Virus record (IMG/VR): IMGVR_UViG_3300021426_000004
Coordinates: 32,001-96,000 of that record
DNA: 64,000 nucleotides
Reading direction: 5' to 3' (one strand)
From: a virus
Taxonomy: Duplodnaviria > Caudoviricetes
In this document: one piece after another, positions 58,517 through 64,000 of the stretch
Position numbering within the stretch: position 1 is the stretch's first letter
How the letters are laid out: the number at the start of each line of letters is the position of its first letter
The notes under the pieces: model-generated
Told to the model about the DNA's origin: nothing
The model's database searches: none
The model's input: the letters and a program-made list of their open reading frames with translations, nothing else
Translations under genes and position numbers: made by a program

Positions 58517-58603
58517 TTAAGGAATGGGTTGGAAGAATCATTTGGAAGAATGATTTGGAAAAATAAGTTGGAAGATGATTTAAAGGACGACTTGGAAGAG
58601 AAC
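58517..58603. repeat. Seven degenerate 12-13-bp tandem repeats (TTGGAAGAATGAT-like)
   Basis: Units start at 58517, 58529, 58542, 58555, 58568, 58580 and 58592. Confidence 0.8.
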
Positions 58604-58728
58604 ATATCTACATCCTTTTTCTTTTATTGGAATTTTCCAGCGTAAATTCCCACCCTCCCACTTGGGATGGTGAACTGCCGGGCGCTTACGAGCAAACCCG
58701 AGCAAAAAGAAAAATGGAGGAAACAAAA

Positions 58729-58917
58729 ATGAAACATTCTGATTTCGTCATCATCATAATGAAGAACTCCCATTCTGCCTATGTGCAGATGGAAAGTCGG
58801 GAGTTTGAATGCTCCCGCAATGCCGCAGAGTCCTTAATGGTTTATGCTAGAACCAATTATGCCCTAACCGGTGTAATCAGAAATGAAATTGGAGATGTTA
58901 AATACATCTTCAACTAA
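58729..58917 (+). CDS. Small early-type hypothetical protein
   Basis: Start moved to ATG 58729 (RBS GGAGG); 62 aa MKHSDFVIIIMKNS. Confidence 0.65.
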   Translation: MKHSDFVIIIMKNSHSAYVQMESREFECSRNAAESLMVYARTNYALTGVIRNEIGDVKYIFN

Positions 58918-58924
58918 TTCCAAG

Positions 58925-58952
58925 AAAGAGGTCGTCGTAAGACGACCTCTTT
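58925..58952 (+). terminator. Rho-independent terminator
   Basis: AAAGAGGTCGTC-GTAA-GACGACCTCTTTT. Confidence 0.8.
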
Positions 58953-58990
58953 TCTCTATGAACAAAAAACATAAATAGGAGGATTGAACA

Positions 58991-59332
58991 ATGTATAACA
59001 GAGAAACTGAAAAAATGTTGGAAAAAGAAGGTGTAAACACATTTGCATACGTAAGTGCATTCAAGCCCTACGTTGAATCACTAAAAATGCGGAGAGAAGC
59101 ACTCCGCAGCGGTGATGAGAGTATGTTCCGCTACGTGTTTTCTATTCCCTTTGACAGGGAAAAGCACGAAGCGCATAACATGGCGGTAAAAACAGTAACC
59201 GAACTCAACGCCAAGTGCGTTGAGCTGGGATACCAGCCAATCTTTTCTGGTGATTTACACAACCGTCAGGAGATTGGCAAATTTGCATGTGAATTTAGCG
59301 GGGAAGGCGAACTCGCTAAATTCGCAGATTAA
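58991..59332 (+). CDS. DUF3232-like protein
   Basis: 113 aa; DR..HEAHNMAV...LN..C...GY..IF.GD..NR.EIG.FA pattern. Confidence 0.5.
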   Translation: MYNRETEKMLEKEGVNTFAYVSAFKPYVESLKMRREALRSGDESMFRYVFSIPFDREKHEAHNMAVKTVTELNAKCVELGYQPIFSGDLHNRQEIGKFACEFSGEGELAKFAD

Positions 59333-59333
59333 G

Positions 59334-59361
59334 AGAGGCTCGAAAGAGCCTCTTTTTTTTT
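59334..59361 (+). terminator. Rho-independent terminator
   Basis: AGAGGCTC-GAAA-GAGCCTCT plus T-run. Confidence 0.85.
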
Positions 59362-59453
59362 ATTTTTAATGGAGTCTAACAATAGATCCACCGGGCAACA
59401 GCGGTACTGAAGCTCCAGAAGTAGTCGAACTGGAGTAGATAGAGGAGGAAACC

Positions 59454-59942
59454 ATGAAGAAGGTTTACGTCCGTTGGATTGGTGCATTCGCAGGTCGCGA
59501 ATACAGTCTGAAAGAGTCCATCTCCTTTGAAATGACTCGTAAAGACGAAGCAGCCTGCGAGCCGCTGATCAGAGCCAATCATCGTTTCTACACTGGTGTT
59601 GGTCAAATCAACCAAGTTGGTTTGATCATTCGGAACGAAGCGATCTTCAGAGAGTTTCGTTCCGACATTTGGTCCTACTACGGACAAGATACTAAGAAAA
59701 AGTATTCTGCCAGCAAGGACCAAAACCCAAAAGCTCTGTATGTTGGACGTTCTCAGAACGAATCCAACCATGCAGAAGCATGGGTAAAAATGTCGGATGC
59801 CGTAACCGGAATCGTGGTTTACGGCTCCATTTGCGAACTACGCAAAGATAAGCGTAACACGCTTCTGAACGCAGCTCGTAAATATAATCTTCCCATTTAC
59901 GATTTGAATCGTAAAGGAGAACTCGTCGAAAGGAGGTTTTAA
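59454..59942 (+). CDS. Early-type hypothetical protein
   Basis: 162 aa, RBS GAGGAGG. Confidence 0.7.
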   Translation: MKKVYVRWIGAFAGREYSLKESISFEMTRKDEAACEPLIRANHRFYTGVGQINQVGLIIRNEAIFREFRSDIWSYYGQDTKKKYSASKDQNPKALYVGRSQNESNHAEAWVKMSDAVTGIVVYGSICELRKDKRNTLLNAARKYNLPIYDLNRKGELVERRF

Positions 59943-59943
59943 G

Positions 59944-60021
59944 ATGACGAGCAACAACAAAGATCCTCCGGCTTATCTTGGCGGGCTACACCAGAGGCGC
60001 TTAACAGTACAGGTCTGCTAG
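59944..60021 (+). CDS. Possible 25-aa peptide overlapping a structured RNA
   Basis: AAGGAGG RBS, then MTSNNKDPPAYLGGLHQRRLTVQVC*. Confidence 0.35.
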   Translation: MTSNNKDPPAYLGGLHQRRLTVQVC

Positions 60022-60248
60022 ATCAATAAACAGATCTGATGAAGCTGTTAAGTTGGGTGCAAGTGCCAAACGGGCTCAGAGGAGCTCAGGCGAAACCCTG
60101 TGGCATTCTTCGGAATGGGACGTCTTTACAGGGGGTGCAGAAGCGGCTGTTACCTGACTAAAGGCTGTTAACCGCTACCGGCAACTCCGCCTGGAGAAGC
60201 CAATGGGCCAACATGGAAATGTGCTTATGACGTACATGGGGGTGTTGG
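59970..60248 (+). ncRNA. Candidate large structured RNA
   Basis: Long-range stem 59970-59985/60186-60201 enclosing several hairpins, including UUCG- and GAAA-containing loops; non-coding and visibly GC-richer than its flanks. Confidence 0.5.
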
Positions 60249-60312
60249 TGTGCAAACCAGGACATTGAAAAAAGCACGGAAAGGAGACGTGATGTAAATT
60301 GCGTGTTTTTAT

Positions 60313-60343
60313 AGAGCAGATATAATGTCTGCTCTTTTTTTTT
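60313..60343 (+). terminator. Rho-independent terminator
   Basis: AGAGCAGA...TCTGCTCT plus T-run. Confidence 0.8.
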
Positions 60344-60418
60344 ATTTTACGGCAGTTCAAAGAGGCTGCACCGAGGTCCCAACTCGGTAACAGTTAACAC
60401 CACAAGCATCGGAAGGAG

Positions 60419-60877
60419 GTGTGTAGTGTGGTGTGGACAACGTTTACCTTTGCCATCGTGGCTGTTCTGTTTATAGCCGTGGTGGCATTGGTTGGATACT
60501 TGGCTTACCGCTATTGGGAAGTAGCGGCGAGCTTGGTATTCGTCATGGTTCTTCTTGCAGGATTTATCTTCCTGCCGGGAGCAATGGCAGATCCAATTGT
60601 TGAAGGCAACATCGATCTTAATGATCGTATTGTTGTCTTCAATGAAGATGGCTCCTTTTCAACGGAGATCAGCTTTTCTGTTGAGATCGACGGATTGGAG
60701 GTCCTCCTCCCGTTGATCATAAACGGCGAACTGGTTTCTGAAGAAGAAGCTGTCGAACACTTCCTCGAAACAGGAGAACACTTGGGGATGTTCTCCTCCA
60801 TAGAGGAAGCAGAACAGTACGCCGAAGAACTGCATCTTCAGCAAGAAGAAAGATACAAAGAAAAGGAGGAATTCTAA
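60419..60877 (+). CDS. Membrane protein with two TM helices and an acidic soluble domain
   Basis: About 150 aa; GTG start probably at 60428 after GGAGG. Confidence 0.7.
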   Translation: MCSVVWTTFTFAIVAVLFIAVVALVGYLAYRYWEVAASLVFVMVLLAGFIFLPGAMADPIVEGNIDLNDRIVVFNEDGSFSTEISFSVEIDGLEVLLPLIINGELVSEEEAVEHFLETGEHLGMFSSIEEAEQYAEELHLQQEERYKEKEEF

Positions 60878-61245
60878 TGAACATTATGACCATCATTATC
60901 CTGCTGTCCCTTCTGGAGGAGCTGCCGGAGCTCCCGGAGTACATTCGCGCCAACCGCAAAGCCGCTCGGGATAACGTAATTGCCCGCAATAAGGCGATTG
61001 CCAAATCTCACAAGTGGGGTTTGTGGTATGACGAGGAACAGAGAGAAAACGGTTATCTGCATCTTGGGTGCAGCTGGAAACCCCAGCAGGTACACCATAA
61101 AAATCAGGAGGGTCGGTACGCCGAGCCTCATTTCGGTGGACATCGTCGGTTCCAGAAACAGAGTAGGGATTATTATCCCAGTTGGACAGACGAAAAATGT
61201 CGTCGCCGTGCAGACGATGCATTGAAAGATTATTTCAATTCCTAA
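60877..61245 (+). CDS. Early-type hypothetical protein
   Basis: 122 aa, TAATG coupling, RBS AGGAGG. Confidence 0.65.
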   Translation: MNIMTIIILLSLLEELPELPEYIRANRKAARDNVIARNKAIAKSHKWGLWYDEEQRENGYLHLGCSWKPQQVHHKNQEGRYAEPHFGGHRRFQKQSRDYYPSWTDEKCRRRADDALKDYFNS

Positions 61246-61250
61246 CAATT

Positions 61251-61280
61251 AGCCTGAGCCTAACAAGCTCAGGCTTTTTT
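61251..61280 (+). terminator. Rho-independent terminator
   Basis: AGCCTGAGC...GCTCAGGCT plus T-run. Confidence 0.85.
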
Positions 61281-61331
61281 ATTTTTAATGGCGGTTCAAA
61301 CCGTCAAATATAGCTCTAAAGAGCAGGAGGG

Positions 61332-61583
61332 ATGACCATGGCAAAAATCGTTCCGTTTAACCAGTTAAAACCTGATACAACTTATTGGGAGCAGAGTCGC
61401 TACTGGCATAAGCTTCTTGGGCCGTGCAAGGTGATTCAGTTCTATGAGGGAATTCCACTTCTCGTGAAAAACGAAACTGGCTCGCACTACATTGAACCAA
61501 ATTGGGACTGGTTCTGGGATAGCGAGCCTACTGAAGAAGAACAGGCCGAACACGTTCGGTCGTTCTTTGGATGGCCGTCCTAA
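61332..61583 (+). CDS. Early-type hypothetical protein (Trp-rich)
   Basis: 83 aa, RBS AGGAGG. Confidence 0.65.
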   Translation: MTMAKIVPFNQLKPDTTYWEQSRYWHKLLGPCKVIQFYEGIPLLVKNETGSHYIEPNWDWFWDSEPTEEEQAEHVRSFFGWPS

Positions 61584-61624
61584 ACAAAACGTTAAACTTC
61601 CCAAATGGCAAATTATACTTCTTC

Positions 61625-61661
61625 AAGAGAGAACGCAAGTAACATTGCGTTCTCTTTTTTT
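61625..61661 (+). terminator. Rho-independent terminator
   Basis: AGAGAACGCAA...TTGCGTTCTCT plus T-run. Confidence 0.85.
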
Positions 61662-61714
61662 ATCTTTTACGGCAACTCAGCCGCCAATAAAGTGTTGAGA
61701 GAAAGAGGTGTCCT

Positions 61715-63517
61715 ATGAATACTATCTTCTGGTTCAATCCTTACAAGCAGACTGTGCGTATTCCCGATGCGAAGATCACCGTCCCTGGTATCAAAACCTT
61801 GGAAGACGCAAAACGGTTTGTCGAAACCGAAGACTTCGACAATTTCCGGTTTATTGTGAAATCCAAAACCGGAAAACCCTATCCATTCAAAGATGTCGCA
61901 GAAGCAAAAGACTTTGCTCAGAAAAAGAGCACAAAGTCGGTTTGCTACACCGTGTGGAACGATGGAGATCCTATTACCTCTTTCGTGAATAAGAAAGAGT
62001 TGACAAAGTGGAATACTGTATTTATCAAACTCTATGATGATAAACCCGATAGGAATAAATGGTATTGCAGTACTTCAAAGGGTCAGTTTGCAAAAACAAC
62101 GTGGTCTTATGGAGCAAAGATTGATGTAGCACCTGGTAAAGTGCGTTTACAGCGCATTTATATCGAATGGATTAAATGTGTAAATGGTCATCTGGCTACA
62201 AAGTTCCACAATATTTCGATCACATTCCACAAAGATGGTTCTGTCTATCTTTATAACGGAAGAATCCAACATGTCAGCGCAAATGAATTAGTAACATCGT
62301 ATGACGATGACGTCTTAAGCGCTTTGAAGGATGAGTTAACGAAACTTAGGCCTGAATTAAAGAAAATGATCAGTGAAGCAGGTACTTATAGTCTGTGTGG
62401 TGTTTTCAGCAGACCAACAGCTTATTATAAGTTCGATACGTTCCACCATACCGCAACAAAACGGTATTGTCCGTTTTACTTTGGTAATTACCCAAAAGAG
62501 ATTGTGGACGAATCAAAGTTGATCGACGTGATTGCAAAGAGAATGCACATACCAACAAGCAAAACGTTAAGAAAATTGTATAACGAAAATATCCACAACA
62601 TGGAAGTAGTGCATTTTCTGAAATTCATCGGTTTCAAGGATGTGAATTCATATCAGAAGCTGACTGGGTTTGGTGTACATTTCAGCCGTCGTAATCCTGC
62701 TGAATTCGCAGCTTTCTTTAAGAAGTTCATCAAACTTCGCGGAGAAAATAACGTTGTTAGAATGACAAGTGATACCGACTTTAATCTTATTGATGATGTC
62801 GCTATGTCATACAACGAGATCGTCGAAGAGGCGTCTGAATTCGTGCTTAATAAATGCCGCAACTTCGAGGAAATCCACGAGACCTTTAATAGATCTTGCG
62901 CGACTCGGGAAAACCTCGTAGATGAAAAGATTCCGTACTCGAAGACAGAGAAAAAGAAGTACGAATTCATCAGCGAAAACGGAATTCGGTTCGAACTTGC
63001 GGAAGGAAGAAAAGATCTTGCCATCATCGGTGCTAACATGGGTATCTGTGTTGGTGGTTATGGCGATAAAGCAGTTAACAAACATTGCGTTATCGTAAAA
63101 ATGATGGATGGTGATGATTACGCTGCCTGCATCGAAGTTCAAAAACAGGGCGTTGTTCAACTCAAAGCAAAATACAATAACCCCGTTCGTAGTAAATATC
63201 GTGCCGATATTGATGCATGGCTGGAAAACGGTGAGATTAAATGCGAGTGCTACGATTATAATTGCATTGGAGAAGACTGGAATAGCACTTGCCGTTATGA
63301 CCAAATTCGTCCTGATGATTTCGAGCCTACTGATCATGAACCGATTCTGCAGATTGTAAAAGCCAAACATGAGAAATACGTTCACAATAACAAGTGGTTC
63401 ACTAAAGACGAAGCGAATCGATTGGAACGTATCCAAGAACTTGCCACCTCAGCAGAACCGCACAGATTCGAAGATTTTGAATTCGAAGCTATTGAAACGG
63501 ATGAACTTCCGTTTTAA
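61715..63517 (+). CDS. PcfJ-like domain protein
   Basis: 600 aa; EIHETF..., DLAIIGANMGICVGGY...CIEV...VVQLKAKYNN matches the PcfJ LxxEGxxMxHCVxxY...Q..G..N pattern. Confidence 0.7.
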   Translation: MNTIFWFNPYKQTVRIPDAKITVPGIKTLEDAKRFVETEDFDNFRFIVKSKTGKPYPFKDVAEAKDFAQKKSTKSVCYTVWNDGDPITSFVNKKELTKWNTVFIKLYDDKPDRNKWYCSTSKGQFAKTTWSYGAKIDVAPGKVRLQRIYIEWIKCVNGHLATKFHNISITFHKDGSVYLYNGRIQHVSANELVTSYDDDVLSALKDELTKLRPELKKMISEAGTYSLCGVFSRPTAYYKFDTFHHTATKRYCPFYFGNYPKEIVDESKLIDVIAKRMHIPTSKTLRKLYNENIHNMEVVHFLKFIGFKDVNSYQKLTGFGVHFSRRNPAEFAAFFKKFIKLRGENNVVRMTSDTDFNLIDDVAMSYNEIVEEASEFVLNKCRNFEEIHETFNRSCATRENLVDEKIPYSKTEKKKYEFISENGIRFELAEGRKDLAIIGANMGICVGGYGDKAVNKHCVIVKMMDGDDYAACIEVQKQGVVQLKAKYNNPVRSKYRADIDAWLENGEIKCECYDYNCIGEDWNSTCRYDQIRPDDFEPTDHEPILQIVKAKHEKYVHNNKWFTKDEANRLERIQELATSAEPHRFEDFEFEAIETDELPF

Positions 63518-63544
63518 TGAATAAAATTATAGGAGGAAAACAAA

Positions 63545-63697
63545 ATGCGTAAATTCACTAAGAACATTGCCGCCGAGATGGGCCTGCAGCCCATTTCCAT
63601 CCTGACAGCCCTGAAGCTCATGCTTAAAGGGTATCGTCCCGGCTTCTGCTGGGGATTCAAGCATGGAAAAGGAATCCGTTCGTGGCGAACAAAGTAA
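63545..63697 (+). CDS. Small basic hypothetical protein
   Basis: Not in ORF track; 50 aa MRKFTKNIAAEMGLQP...; RBS AGGAGG; terminator follows. Confidence 0.7.
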   Translation: MRKFTKNIAAEMGLQPISILTALKLMLKGYRPGFCWGFKHGKGIRSWRTK

Positions 63698-63705
63698 CAA
63701 ATGAT

Positions 63706-63734
63706 TGGCTGGGTTAACAACCCAGCCTTTTTTT
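63706..63734 (+). terminator. Rho-independent terminator
   Basis: GGCTGGGTT...AACCCAGCC plus T-run. Confidence 0.85.
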
Positions 63735-63817
63735 ATTTTCATGCAAATGGATCGTCTGCCGCACGTCAAAGACGGAGCTTTGGCATTAAAACGATTCAAA
63801 AAGAAAGGAAGATCACA

Positions 63818-64000
63818 ATGACAAAGAAGTCCATAGTAGAAATCGACATTAACAACCGTAAATTGTTAAAAGCTGAAAGATACCATACTGGTTTTGAAGT
63901 TACCATTGGATATGGTCTTGGACTTTTTACAGTTGACATGCTCAGATGGGTCGAAGGAGAAGAATTGCCTGTATATTATTTTACCACTCCGTTCTGCAGT
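63818..64000 (+). CDS. Hypothetical protein, runs off window
   Basis: ATG 63818 after GAAAGGA; MTKKSIVEIDINNRK..., open to the window end. Confidence 0.6.
   Translation, partial: MTKKSIVEIDINNRKLLKAERYHTGFEVTIGYGLGLFTVDMLRWVEGEELPVYYFTTPFCS

Noticed and set aside
58517-58603. CRISPR array
   Set aside because: Units are 12-13 bp, adjacent and degenerate, with no spacers
60036-60042. Hammerhead ribozyme core CUGAUGA
   Set aside because: Could not build stem II-GAAA-stem III in the required arrangement

Overview
This is a 64-kb segment of a large tailed (siphovirus-type) bacteriophage genome. Strong GGAGG RBSs, CD1375-like and PcfJ-like genes, and a head module laid out like SPbeta point to a Bacillota/Clostridia-type host. 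Positions 1-58.3 kb form one minus-strand virion morphogenesis region: putative small terminase, large terminase, portal, tRNA-Asn, prohead protease/scaffold, decoration protein, major capsid, head-tail joining genes, a major tail protein split by a group I intron carrying a GIY-YIG homing endonuclease, frameshifted tail chaperones, a 5057-aa tape measure protein, Dit, Tal, and many fibre/adaptor genes. Positions 58.6-64 kb diverge on the plus strand as small, individually terminated early-type genes. The main result is that the tape measure protein is a polyprotein. Its N-terminal third carries a full motif set of a single-subunit two-barrel RNA polymerase (cellular RdRP/YonO-like, DADFDGD) followed by an intact RecB-type PD-(D/E)XK nuclease, so it is a probable injected virion RNAP-nuclease. 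Two families of repeated intergenic motifs are candidate phage-specific promoters: one ahead of the early genes, and a 25-bp one ahead of late units and inside the intron. Two candidate structured ncRNAs, a CotH-kinase-like domain in a giant virion protein and a modular fibre-docking pattern are also visible. All protein calls come from motif reading by eye; no searches were run.
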